Assembly (NCBI GenBank): GCA_964639765.1
Contig: CAZXEN010000002.1
Span: 33,338 to 97,337 of the forward strand
DNA: 64,000 nucleotides
Origin: an uncultured Bacteroidaceae bacterium
Lineage (GTDB): Bacteria > Bacteroidota > Bacteroidia > Bacteroidales > P3
Reading direction: 5' to 3'
In this document: piece after piece, positions 9,786-18,623 of the stretch
Position numbering within the stretch: position 1 is the first letter of the stretch
Layout: the number at the start of each line of letters is the position of its first letter
The notes under the pieces: model-generated
The model's input: the letters and a program-made list of their open reading frames with translations, nothing else
What the model was told of the DNA's origin: nothing
The model's database searches: none
Made by a program: the position numbers and the translations under genes

Positions 9786-9811
9786 AATTGTTTAATATAA
9801 AAATTAGAGTG

Positions 9812-9819
9812 CAAAATTA
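9812..9819 (-). promoter_or_regulatory. -7 box TAATTTTG for mini-ORF 1
   Basis: Exact TAnnTTTG match. The following leader, cactctaatttttatattaaacaatt, is nearly identical to that of mini-ORF 2. Confidence 0.45.
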
Positions 9820-9905
9820 ACAAATTTTTTTATTTCAAACCTTTTAGTCCAGCAAATTCTTCGGCAAACATCAACAAATCAACAGCACGACCTAACAAAA
9901 ATTTG

Positions 9906-10028
9906 TTACCCTGTAATAAATTTTAAAGTTAAACCAATGATTTGCAATGACTTGCCAACTATCCAAATATACACTAATATTCGTAAGGCATAACATAATT
10001 TGGCAATTTGTTTATCTTTAGCATCCAT
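9906..10028 (-). CDS. Mini-ORF 2, 40-aa hydrophobic peptide MDAKDKQIAKLCYALRILVYIWIVGKSLQIIGLTLKFITG
   Basis: This is the internal ATG of the listed 9906..10094 ORF. The ATG lies 24 nt downstream of a TATCTTTG -7 box. It shares the M-x-AKDK N-terminus, one TM segment and a C-terminal xG-stop with mini-ORF 1. Confidence 0.4.
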   Translation of the reverse strand: MDAKDKQIAKLCYALRILVYIWIVGKSLQIIGLTLKFITG

Positions 10029-10052
10029 AATGTTTAATATAAAATTAGAATG

Positions 10053-10060
10053 CAAAGATA
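10053..10060 (-). promoter_or_regulatory. -7 box TATCTTTG for mini-ORF 2
   Basis: Exact TAnnTTTG match followed by the leader cattctaattttatattaaacatt. Confidence 0.45.
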
Positions 10061-10204
10061 AATAATTTTTTTTACTTAGCAAGCAAAAGTCCAACTTGTA
10101 CTAAATAAGAAACATTATATTGAAATTTTTCAGTAGTTTTGGAATGCGGTTCTTTTGTTCAAGAATCTGATATTTGTTAGAATTAACGAAGTTAAAATCA
10201 TTGA

Positions 10205-10325
10205 AAAAAAACATTTGATTTTTAGCAAAAAAGTCTTGATCTTTTTTTGCAAAGTCTTGATCTTTGAGGTATAAAGTCTTGATCTTTTTTTTCGTAAGGT
10301 CTTGATTTTTTTTTCAATGAAAAAA
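10205..10325. repeat. Tandem array of 4-5 A-tract/GTCTTGATC/T-tract units (dispersed intergenic repeat family, locus A)
   Basis: The unit aagtcttgatc(t)n occurs at 10231, 10252 and 10274, and aaggtcttgat at 10297. The period is 21-23 bp and each unit is flanked by A and T runs. Confidence 0.8.
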
Positions 10326-10424
10326 CGTTGAAAAATACCAATAAAAAAAATAAAAACACTATTCAATAAAATAAATATTCTCACTAAACGTTAAAGACTT
10401 ATAAACAAAAAAAATAGAAATAAC

Positions 10425-11135
10425 TTGAAAAAACTTGTCGTAATACTATTGGCATTTTTGTGTTTCTACAACGCTAATGCACAATTTTTCAAAGGTTTTG
10501 CATCTCTTGGGTTCAATATCTCCCAGATAGATGGTGACGAAGTATATGGATTCAAAAAATTAGGATACAATGTCGGCATCGGTGCCATGTTACCGCTAAA
10601 TAGAAACAACACAAATGCTGGTTTTCAGGTTTCTATGGAAATCAACTTATCTCAAAGAGGAGCAAAAGAAACCACAGAAAACGATCCTTTTGTATATAAA
10701 GCAAATCTGGATTATGTGGATATACCTCTTATGCTGCATTATATAGATGCCAAAGGCGGAATTACTTTAGGTGCCGGAATACAGTACAGTCGTCTGTATC
10801 ATTCCAAAGAATCTTGGAAATTACCTGATACACTTATATTTGGAATGGACAGACCTACTACAACAAATGCTAAATTCCTGAAAAACGACCTTGCGATTAT
10901 CGGAGATTTGAGATTTACTGTATGGAGAAACTTTAAACTGGATATAAGATACCAGTATTCTCTGTTGCCTATAAGGAAACAATTTGAATTCAATAATTCA
11001 TATCAGAGCATAGATGCCAACAATTATAGAACATGGAAAAGAGATTATAAGAATAATTGGTTAAGTGTCAAGCTTATATATATGATAAATGAAGAACAGG
11101 AACAAGTATATACAAAACCTAACCGAAAAAGATAA
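10425..11135 (+). CDS. Outer-membrane beta-barrel protein (porin/PorT-like family)
   Basis: 236-aa ORF with a TTG start and signal peptide ..YNANAQ. It shows an alternating amphipathic beta-strand pattern and an aromatic-rich C-terminal region. Confidence 0.65.
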   Translation: MKKLVVILLAFLCFYNANAQFFKGFASLGFNISQIDGDEVYGFKKLGYNVGIGAMLPLNRNNTNAGFQVSMEINLSQRGAKETTENDPFVYKANLDYVDIPLMLHYIDAKGGITLGAGIQYSRLYHSKESWKLPDTLIFGMDRPTTTNAKFLKNDLAIIGDLRFTVWRNFKLDIRYQYSLLPIRKQFEFNNSYQSIDANNYRTWKRDYKNNWLSVKLIYMINEEQEQVYTKPNRKR

Positions 11136-11594
11136 ATGAAAAAAGCATTGTTTGTAGGTACTTTTGACCCTATCACTATAGGTCATAAAAATATTATTAT
11201 GAAGGCTTTACCTCTGTTTGATAAAGTTGTTGTTGCGATAGGAATAAATACAGAGAAAAAGACAATGTTCCCTCTTGAGAAAAGATTGAGTTGGATAAAA
11301 AAAACATTTGATACACAAGAAAATATAGAAGTAGATAGTTTTTCTGGATTAACTGTTGATTATTGCAGAAAGAATGGTATAAAATATATCATAAGAGGCC
11401 TTAGAAATGGGCAGGATTTTGCATACGAGAACAATATAGAAAAGATTAACAGAGAATTAGCTCCAGAGGTTACTACCATATATCTCTTTAGCGACAAAGA
11501 CGATGACTTTGTTTCATCTACATTTGTAAAAGAGATGATTATTCACAACAGAAACGTTTCCAAGTACTTGCCTAAGGAAATAAATTTGGAATAA
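11136..11594 (+). CDS. coaD: Pantetheine-phosphate adenylyltransferase
   Basis: 152-aa ORF with the nucleotidyltransferase motif GTFDPITIGHKNII. Size is typical of CoaD. Confidence 0.9.
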   Translation: MKKALFVGTFDPITIGHKNIIMKALPLFDKVVVAIGINTEKKTMFPLEKRLSWIKKTFDTQENIEVDSFSGLTVDYCRKNGIKYIIRGLRNGQDFAYENNIEKINRELAPEVTTIYLFSDKDDDFVSSTFVKEMIIHNRNVSKYLPKEINLE

Positions 11595-11636
11595 ATAGTT
11601 CTTGAATCGTGATGTGTGAGATAAATTTCACAAAAG

Positions 11637-11676
11637 AAAAAAAATGGGTATTAAAATCATAATGTTTTAATACCCA
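11637..11676 (-). terminator. Rho-independent terminator after the transketolase C-half gene
   Basis: A 12-bp stem tgggtattaaaa/ttttaataccca (11645-11656/11665-11676). On the minus strand it is followed by a T-run of 8 or more. Confidence 0.7.
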
Positions 11677-11698
11677 CTTGTTTAATATATCATTTGAA

Positions 11699-12652
11699 TT
11701 ATTTTCTCTTTATCACGGATTTTGTTTTTTCTATTATATTTTTAGCGTCCAATCCGTATTTTTCCATCAACTGCATAGGCTTTCCGCTCTCACCGAAGCA
11801 GTCATCAACTCCGATATACTCCATAGGTGCAGGATGATTTCTGCATAGTAGCTGGGCTACGCTGTCAGACAAACCTCCATTGTAAAGATGTTCCTCACAA
11901 GAAACAACACAACCAGTTTTCTTTACAGAGTTGAGTATGGAATCATTATCCAATGGTTTAATAGTGTGAATATTTATAACTTCAGCACTTATACCTTCTT
12001 TTTCCAATGCCTGTGCTGCCAGAATAGCTTGCCAAACCAAGTGTCCTGTTGCAACTATTGTTACATCTTTTCCTTCATTCAGAATAAGAGCTTTCCCAAT
12101 TTCAAAAGGAGTATCATCTGTAAGGAACACAGGTACTTTAGGTCGTCCATAACGAATATAAACAGGTCCCTCATAACGAGCAGCTGCCAATGTAGCTTGC
12201 TTTGCCTGAGTATAGTCACAAGGATTGACAACCACCATATTTGGCATCATCTTCATAAGGCCAATATCCTCCAATATTTGGTGAGTAGCTCCGTCTTCAC
12301 CTAAAGTAAGTCCTGCATGAGAACCGGCAATCTTTACATTTGTATCAGAATATGCAACACTTTGACGTATTTGGTCGTAAGTTCTTCCTGTAGAAAAAGC
12401 AGCAAAAGAACCTACAAAAGGAATTTTTCCACTTAATGCCATACCGGAAGCAATACTTACCATATTACTTTCTGCTATTCCTACTTCTATAAAACGCTCC
12501 GGAAATTCTTTTTGAAATAAATCCATTCTGACGCTTGGACTTAGGTCTGCACATAAAGCTACAACATTGGGATTTTCTCTTCCTGCCTGAAGCAATCCTT
12601 CTCCAAAGCCTGAACGTGTATCTTTTTCAGCTAAAATTTTGTATTCTTTCAT
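11699..12652 (-). CDS. Transketolase, C-terminal section (Pyr-binding + C-terminal domains)
   Basis: 317-aa ORF with blocks FIEVGIAESNMV and GEDGATHQ typical of the transketolase/DXS pyrimidine-binding domain. Confidence 0.9.
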   Translation of the reverse strand: MKEYKILAEKDTRSGFGEGLLQAGRENPNVVALCADLSPSVRMDLFQKEFPERFIEVGIAESNMVSIASGMALSGKIPFVGSFAAFSTGRTYDQIRQSVAYSDTNVKIAGSHAGLTLGEDGATHQILEDIGLMKMMPNMVVVNPCDYTQAKQATLAAARYEGPVYIRYGRPKVPVFLTDDTPFEIGKALILNEGKDVTIVATGHLVWQAILAAQALEKEGISAEVINIHTIKPLDNDSILNSVKKTGCVVSCEEHLYNGGLSDSVAQLLCRNHPAPMEYIGVDDCFGESGKPMQLMEKYGLDAKNIIEKTKSVIKRK

Positions 12653-12675
12653 ATTATTATTCGTTTTTTATCTTC

Positions 12676-14076
12676 TTATTTTATAAGTACTTTCGTTATT
12701 TTATTGGATTCTATCTTTAACTCTTGTGTGTAACTATTGGAAGTGTTGGACTTATCCTTTGCTATTATGACATACTCGCCTGGAAGCAACTCTATTGTTT
12801 CTTTTATCTTTTCTTCTTCCAGATTTTTCACCCACGTCATTTTACCATTCTTTCTTACGAACAAAGCACCTGTGATATTTGTCTTGGCTTTGTCTAAACT
12901 AAGTATGCCGGATAATGGTATTTCTATAGTAGTCAAAGAACTCTGGGAAATCTCAACAGCATCTATATTTAAACGAGGAAGAGACAATACCTCCAAATCA
13001 TATTTTCCTACGAGGTATTTCTCTTTTTTGTTGATACTGTGCAGATTGATAACGTCCTTCTCCCCTACTCTTTTAACCAGAACTTGGCATGGCTTGATGT
13101 TTATATCGTTTTTGTCAGAAGAATATTTGACAAACAGGCTTCCTTGCGGCGTTTTTATAGGAATAACCGTGTGAGAACCAGCCTCAACGCTGATATTTTC
13201 ACGCTTGACGCAAGGAATCGTATGTACTATTATGTCATAATTGGACAAAGGGTCTATAAGCATCGTATCAGAGATACCGTTGCTGTTAAAAGAGTGTATA
13301 AAGCTATAACGAGTCTGCTTGCTTTTTGAGTCCAAGAAAGTTATAGGCACAAAAGTCTCTGTAGTCTGCATATAAGAGTCTAAAAGATTTATTTGTACGG
13401 AAGTATTATGAAGAGATTGTTTAACTATATTATTCATAATTTTGGAAAACTCCACTTCATTGTTTGCTTCATAGTATAAACCTGCATCTTGATAGAAATC
13501 TTTCATTCCTTTGTTTATACCTATAATAAAAGGTTTTAGACATACACCTTGTTTCTGCAGCTTGGAAGAAACATCCTTGATGTCGCCTCCACATCGGTCT
13601 ATGTTGTTTAGAATCATGATTACAACATTTCTACAACTTTTGTCATTAGGAAAATCTTCTTTTACCTTTTCCAATGAATTGGTTACAGCTGAAGTACCTT
13701 TGGGAACCATTCCTTTTAATCTTGCTTTCAAAGCATCTGTATTCATTCTGTAGAAAGGAACCAGTAATTTGGTGTCTTCACAATCCTGAGTCGGATAATC
13801 TTTTTCACTTCCAAAAACTCTTAAAGCACATTCCACGTCTTCTTGTGCAGACAGACTGTCTATAATGTTTGATACGAGGGATTGAGCAATTTTTATCTTA
13901 CTTTCACTCTGCCATTTCTCATACATATTATATGAACAGTCTACAACAAAAAGAATACGGGTCTTCTCTACATTTTGTGCATAAAGAGAAATATGCAGCA
14001 TACACAGAACAAACAGAATAAAGCATAGAACCTTTATTTTGTTATTTTTTTTATATGTATTTTGTTTAATAGTCAC
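12676..14076 (-). CDS. Secreted von Willebrand factor A (VWA) domain protein
   Basis: 466-aa ORF with a signal peptide (..SLYAQN). The MIDAS-like segment is ILFVVDCSYNM, followed by ..GTSAV.. and ..ILNNIDRCGG. The C-terminal half is beta-rich. The start overlaps the tkt N-half stop by 11 nt. Confidence 0.65.
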   Translation of the reverse strand: MTIKQNTYKKNNKIKVLCFILFVLCMLHISLYAQNVEKTRILFVVDCSYNMYEKWQSESKIKIAQSLVSNIIDSLSAQEDVECALRVFGSEKDYPTQDCEDTKLLVPFYRMNTDALKARLKGMVPKGTSAVTNSLEKVKEDFPNDKSCRNVVIMILNNIDRCGGDIKDVSSKLQKQGVCLKPFIIGINKGMKDFYQDAGLYYEANNEVEFSKIMNNIVKQSLHNTSVQINLLDSYMQTTETFVPITFLDSKSKQTRYSFIHSFNSNGISDTMLIDPLSNYDIIVHTIPCVKRENISVEAGSHTVIPIKTPQGSLFVKYSSDKNDINIKPCQVLVKRVGEKDVINLHSINKKEKYLVGKYDLEVLSLPRLNIDAVEISQSSLTTIEIPLSGILSLDKAKTNITGALFVRKNGKMTWVKNLEEEKIKETIELLPGEYVIIAKDKSNTSNSYTQELKIESNKITKVLIK

Positions 14077-14911
14077 CTAAAGTTTCTTTTAATTGAGCCA
14101 ATGCTTTCTGAGTCTGCTCATCATTAGGAGCTTTTCCGTGCCAACCATTGTCATCTAACATGAAATCAACTCCAAATCCCATTTTAGTATTCATAAGAAG
14201 CATTATCGGTTTGCCTTTATGACAAACTTGCTTGCATTCAAGCAGTGTTTTTACAAGTTCCTGCATATCGTTGCCGTTGCATTCTTTCACATCCCATTTA
14301 AATGCTTCAAATTTTTCTTTCAATGATGAGGAATCACAAACCTGCTCTGTTCTTCCGTCTATCTGTGCATGGTTTACATCTATGATAGATATAAGATTAT
14401 CAACCTTGTTAGCGCCTGCAAACATAGCAGCTTCCCATATTTGACCTTCTTCTATCTCTCCATCGCCATGAAGAGTAAAAACAATCTTGTTGTCTTTATC
14501 CATCTTCTTAGCTAAAGCAGCACCAACTCCAACACTCAATCCTTGTCCAAGAGAACCGCTGGCTACTCTCACACCTTCCAATTTAGCATGATAGGAAGGA
14601 TGTCCTTGCAAGCGAGATCCCATTTGTCTGAGCGTTGCTAATTCTTTTACAGGAAAATATCCTCTACGAGCCAAAGCGGAATACCACACTGGTGCAATAT
14701 GTCCTATACTTAGGAAAAACATATCTTCTCCCCTGCCTCCACGTGTGAAATTCTTCGGGTCAATATCCATAACTTCAAAATATAGAGCTGTAAACAGGTC
14801 TGCACAATCCAGACTTCCTCCCGGATGTCCTGATGATGCAGAATTTATCATTCGTAAAACATCTCTGCGTATCTGAGTTGAAATGTCTTGTAATTCGTTG
14901 ATACTTTTCAT
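14066..14911 (-). CDS. Transketolase, N-terminal section (TPP-binding)
   Basis: 281-aa ORF with SGHPGGSL, GSLGQGL and the TPP motif GDGEIEEGQIWEA. Confidence 0.9.
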   Translation of the reverse strand: MKSINELQDISTQIRRDVLRMINSASSGHPGGSLDCADLFTALYFEVMDIDPKNFTRGGRGEDMFFLSIGHIAPVWYSALARRGYFPVKELATLRQMGSRLQGHPSYHAKLEGVRVASGSLGQGLSVGVGAALAKKMDKDNKIVFTLHGDGEIEEGQIWEAAMFAGANKVDNLISIIDVNHAQIDGRTEQVCDSSSLKEKFEAFKWDVKECNGNDMQELVKTLLECKQVCHKGKPIMLLMNTKMGFGVDFMLDDNGWHGKAPNDEQTQKALAQLKETLGDY

Positions 14912-15041
14912 TACTGATTTAGTTTTTTTTTGTGTAATTATTTCTGCGTTAAAACTAAGTGCAAATTTATAAAGTTTTTCTGTTATTCTGACTATTTTTC
15001 TTTATTTTTATAAAATAAATTCAAGTTTTTATGTCATAAAG

Positions 15042-15130
15042 TGTTGGTTTTTGAAAATAAAAACCAAGATTTTGAAACTGAAATCTTCGTTTTTTTGAAG
15101 ATTTATCTGTTAATAATAAACCAAAAACAG
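15042..15130. repeat. A-tract/core/T-tract units (dispersed repeat family, locus F)
   Basis: The sequence gttggtttttgaaaataaaaaccaagattttgaaactgaaatcttcgtttttttgaagattt forms chained short inverted repeats with A/T runs. It lies in the divergent promoter region between tkt and acn. Confidence 0.55.
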
Positions 15131-15191
15131 ATGAAACGACAAATATTTGAAATTTATTTTGGTGAATTAATGTTAATTTAAAAACTTTGTA

Positions 15192-15199
15192 TAATTTTG
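15192..15199 (+). promoter_or_regulatory. -7 box TAATTTTG for aconitase
   Basis: Exact TAnnTTTG match 78 nt upstream of the ATG at 15277. Confidence 0.4.
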
Positions 15200-15276
15200 C
15201 ATCCTCGAAGCTAAGCAATTGAATTTGGTTTCGAAAAAATGTTTATAATAATAAAAGTAAAAAGGATACAATTAAA

Positions 15277-17514
15277 ATGGTAGAACTTATCAACAAAGGA
15301 GTTTATCTTCTTGATGGAGAAAAGATAGTGGATTCAGCTAATATGAGTGCTGATGAAGCTAGAGAGAATACAATTACCTATGGAATACTTCGTTCTCACG
15401 ATGTAGACAAAAGTAAAGGAAAGAAAATGCGTATCAAATTTGATGCATTGATTTCTCACGATATTACTTACGTAGGTATTATTCAAACTGCAAGAGCAAG
15501 CGGTTTGACTAAATTCCCAATTCCTTATGGAATGACAAACTGTCACAATTCTCTTTGTGCTGTAGGTGGAACAATTAATGAAGACGATCATGTTTTTGGT
15601 CTTTCTGCTGCAAAGAAGTATGGTGGTATATTTGTTCCGACTAACCAAGCTGTTATTCACCAGTACGCAAGAGAAGCTATGGCTAAATGTGGAAATATGA
15701 TTCTTGGATCAGATTCTCATACCCGTTATGGTTCTCTTGGTAACATGGGTGTAGGTGAAGGTGGTGGAGAATTGGTAAAGCAATTGTTGGAAAACACTTG
15801 GGATATCAATGCACCAGAAGTTGTTCTTGTATGGTTGGAAGGTTCTCCAAGAAAAGGTATAGGCCCTCACGATGTTGCTATTTCATTAGTTAAGGCTACA
15901 TTTGAAAATGGATTTGTAAAGAATAAAGTTCTTGAGTTTGCAGGTCCTGGCGTAAAGAACCTGCCTATTGATTTCAGAAACGGAATAGAAGTAATGACAA
16001 CAGAAACAACTTGTTTGTCTTCTATTTGGATTACAGATGAAGAAGTACATAACTATTATAAGATGCACAATCGTCCTGAAGACTATAAAGAACTTCGTCC
16101 AGGTAAGGTTGCTTACTATGATAGCATGATAAAGATAGATCTTTCTAAGCAAGAATCCATGATAGCTCTTCCTTATCACCCTTCAAATGCATACACAATC
16201 CACGAATTGCAAGCTAATCCTGAAAAAATACTTAGAGAAGTGGAAGCAGATTCCAAGAAACGTTTTGGAGACAAGATAGAAATAGACCTTGTCAGCAAGA
16301 TAAAAGATGGAAAAGTATGGGCAGATCAAGGTATCATAGCTGGTTGTGCAGGTGGTACATACGACAACTTAGCTGCAGCTGCTGCTATCCTTAAGGATAA
16401 ATCTACAGGCAATGGATATTTCACTGCAAGTGCTTATCCTCAGAGCGTTCCTGTTTATTTGGCAGCTACACGTTCTCACATTGCAGAAGATCTTCTTGAA
16501 GCTGGAGTAGCTATTAAGCCTGCTTTCTGCGGACCTTGCTTTGGTGCTGGAGATGTTCCTTCAAACAATGGATTCTCTATTCGTCATACAACACGTAATT
16601 TCCCTAACCGTGAAGGAAGTAAGCCAGGACAAGGACAGATTTCACTTGTTGCATTAATGGATGCCCGTTCTATTGCTGCCACTGCTGCTAATGGTGGTGT
16701 TATTACCGCTGCAACAGACATAGACTACACTATAAATTACGAAGGATACAAATATGATCCTAAAGTTTATGAAAAACGCGTTTATCAAGGTTTCGGAAAA
16801 GCAGATGCTTCTCAGGAATTGCGTTATGGTCCAAACATAAAGGATTGGCCAAAGATGTATCCTATGCAAGATAATATGTTAGTTGAGCTTGCAGCTGTTA
16901 TTCACGATCCTGTAACTACAACAGACGAGTTGATACCATCAGGAGAAACTTCATCTTATCGTTCCAATCCGTTGAAACTTTCTGAATTTGCACTTTCAAG
17001 ACGTGTTCCTGAATACGTTGGTACAAGCAAGAGAATTCAAAGTGAAGATTTGGAAAGAAGAGCAGGAAAAACTCCTCAACATATATTAGATGCACTTAAC
17101 AAAGTTGGAGCAAAAGCAGAAAATACTTCATTTGGTTCTTGTGTATTTGCAAACAAACCTGGAGACGGTTCAGCAAGAGAGCAAGCAGCTTCTTGCCAAA
17201 AGGTTCTTGGAGGTGATGCTAACATCTGTTATGAATATGCAACTAAACGTTATCGCTCAAATTGTATCAACTGGGGTATAGTTCCTTTCACTATTGCAAA
17301 AGAAACTGCTTTTGATTACAATGTTGGAGATTTTGTTTATGTTGAAGGTATAAGAGAAGCTATTCTTAGTGGAAAAGAAGAAATAGATGCAAAAGTTATC
17401 ACAAAAGATGGAGTCAAGGATATTCATCTATTCTTCCAAAATCTTACAAACGACGAAAGGGAAATCTTGGCAGACGGTTGTTTGATGAATTATTATGCTT
17501 CACATAAGAAATAA
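15277..17514 (+). CDS. acn: Aconitate hydratase (short, mitochondrial-like type as in Bacteroides)
   Basis: 745-aa ORF with aconitase blocks GSDSHT, IAGCAGGTYDN and CGPCFGAGD (Fe-S Cys ligands), plus a swivel-domain C-terminus. Confidence 0.9.
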   Translation: MVELINKGVYLLDGEKIVDSANMSADEARENTITYGILRSHDVDKSKGKKMRIKFDALISHDITYVGIIQTARASGLTKFPIPYGMTNCHNSLCAVGGTINEDDHVFGLSAAKKYGGIFVPTNQAVIHQYAREAMAKCGNMILGSDSHTRYGSLGNMGVGEGGGELVKQLLENTWDINAPEVVLVWLEGSPRKGIGPHDVAISLVKATFENGFVKNKVLEFAGPGVKNLPIDFRNGIEVMTTETTCLSSIWITDEEVHNYYKMHNRPEDYKELRPGKVAYYDSMIKIDLSKQESMIALPYHPSNAYTIHELQANPEKILREVEADSKKRFGDKIEIDLVSKIKDGKVWADQGIIAGCAGGTYDNLAAAAAILKDKSTGNGYFTASAYPQSVPVYLAATRSHIAEDLLEAGVAIKPAFCGPCFGAGDVPSNNGFSIRHTTRNFPNREGSKPGQGQISLVALMDARSIAATAANGGVITAATDIDYTINYEGYKYDPKVYEKRVYQGFGKADASQELRYGPNIKDWPKMYPMQDNMLVELAAVIHDPVTTTDELIPSGETSSYRSNPLKLSEFALSRRVPEYVGTSKRIQSEDLERRAGKTPQHILDALNKVGAKAENTSFGSCVFANKPGDGSAREQAASCQKVLGGDANICYEYATKRYRSNCINWGIVPFTIAKETAFDYNVGDFVYVEGIREAILSGKEEIDAKVITKDGVKDIHLFFQNLTNDEREILADGCLMNYYASHKK

Positions 17515-17538
17515 TCTGAATCAAATAACAAATAAAAC

Positions 17539-17575
17539 AAAGGACGATGCAAACAACATCGTCCTTTTATTTTTA
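17539..17575. terminator. Bidirectional terminator between acn and mltG
   Basis: Stem aaaggacgatg/catcgtccttt with a 7-nt loop, flanked by T-rich tracts in both reading directions. Confidence 0.7.
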
Positions 17576-17590
17576 TTATGTTAATGTTTA

Positions 17591-18622
17591 TCATCTTATA
17601 TTCCTTCTATTTAAGGCAGAATGATATTTCTTTGCATTGATATTATGCTCAGCAACTGTAGATGCGAAATTGTGATAGCCTGAAAAATCCTCTTTTGCAC
17701 AAAAATAAAGATAACTATGCTTTTCATGGTTTAGCACAGCTTCTATTGTGGAAACATCCGGCAAGCATATAGGTGCAGGGGGCAGACCTTTATATTTATA
17801 TGTATTGAAAGGGGAATCTGTTCTTAAATGTTCCAACCTTATTCTTTTTAGAGTAAAATCACCATATGCAAATTTCACTGTCGGATCTGCCTGTAAGAGC
17901 ATATCGTTTTTCAGTCTGTTGATATACACTCCAGCTATTCTTGATTTCTCATCTTGCTTTGTTGTCTCCTCCTGTACAATTGAAGACAATACTATTATAT
18001 CTTCTCTGGAATAGCCTGAAGTTTTTATTGCATTTTCTTTTTTCTGCCACCATTTTTCAGAAAAATCGAAGAGTTTTCTCAACAAATCCTTAGGTTTTGT
18101 TGTCCAATAAAACTCATATGTATCGGGAATGATGCTATAAAACAACTCATTAGGATAGATATATTGCAAAGAATCTATGGTTTTCTGCATATCTTGTTTG
18201 GAAAAAAGAAATTTTTTGGCAACTTTCTCTGCAAAGATATCTGCAGTTCTCATATTGTTTATGGAAATCTTGACTGCAGTCTGTTCCCCGTTTCTTATCT
18301 TTCTCACCAACTTATATATTGGAGTATTTTTCTCTACAATATAGTATCCTGCCTTGAAACTCTTGTCGAAGGAAAACAGCTTAGACAACAAAACAAAGCT
18401 CAGGTTATCAGTTTTTACTATATTTTTTTTCTCCAGATTGGAACACAAGCAGGCATAGTCTGTATTTGGATAGATAAATATCTCTTTGTCTGTCTGATTA
18501 TTTGTTGTACTTGTAAAAATATCAGCCAAGGCAAGAATAAAAACCATAGTTAAAGTCAAAAATGAAAATATAACAACACTCAGTGTCTTATGTTTACTGA
18601 TAAATTCTTTAATCCTTTCCAT
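17591..18622 (-). CDS. mltG: Endolytic murein transglycosylase MltG (YceG family)
   Basis: N-terminal TM anchor followed by a YceG-like domain (ASIVQEET-like SSIVQEETT, LQADPTV, NTYKYKGLPPAPI). I chose the internal ATG (MERIKEF) so the gene does not overlap the upstream GNAT gene. Confidence 0.85.
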   Translation of the reverse strand: MERIKEFISKHKTLSVVIFSFLTLTMVFILALADIFTSTTNNQTDKEIFIYPNTDYACLCSNLEKKNIVKTDNLSFVLLSKLFSFDKSFKAGYYIVEKNTPIYKLVRKIRNGEQTAVKISINNMRTADIFAEKVAKKFLFSKQDMQKTIDSLQYIYPNELFYSIIPDTYEFYWTTKPKDLLRKLFDFSEKWWQKKENAIKTSGYSREDIIVLSSIVQEETTKQDEKSRIAGVYINRLKNDMLLQADPTVKFAYGDFTLKRIRLEHLRTDSPFNTYKYKGLPPAPICLPDVSTIEAVLNHEKHSYLYFCAKEDFSGYHNFASTVAEHNINAKKYHSALNRRNIR

Positions 18623-18623
18623 G

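Noticed and set aside
10231-10313. Possible CRISPR-like array (short direct repeats at regular spacing)
   Set aside because: The units are only ~11-19 nt, are AT-rich, and have essentially no unique spacers between them. There are no cas genes in the window, and the same units occur singly or inverted at other loci.
10130-10384. 84-aa minus-strand ORF with repeated KIKTL/KKIKT segments
   Set aside because: The periodic peptide is just the translation of the A/T-tract tandem DNA repeat (locus A). It has no promoter box and no plausible protein features.
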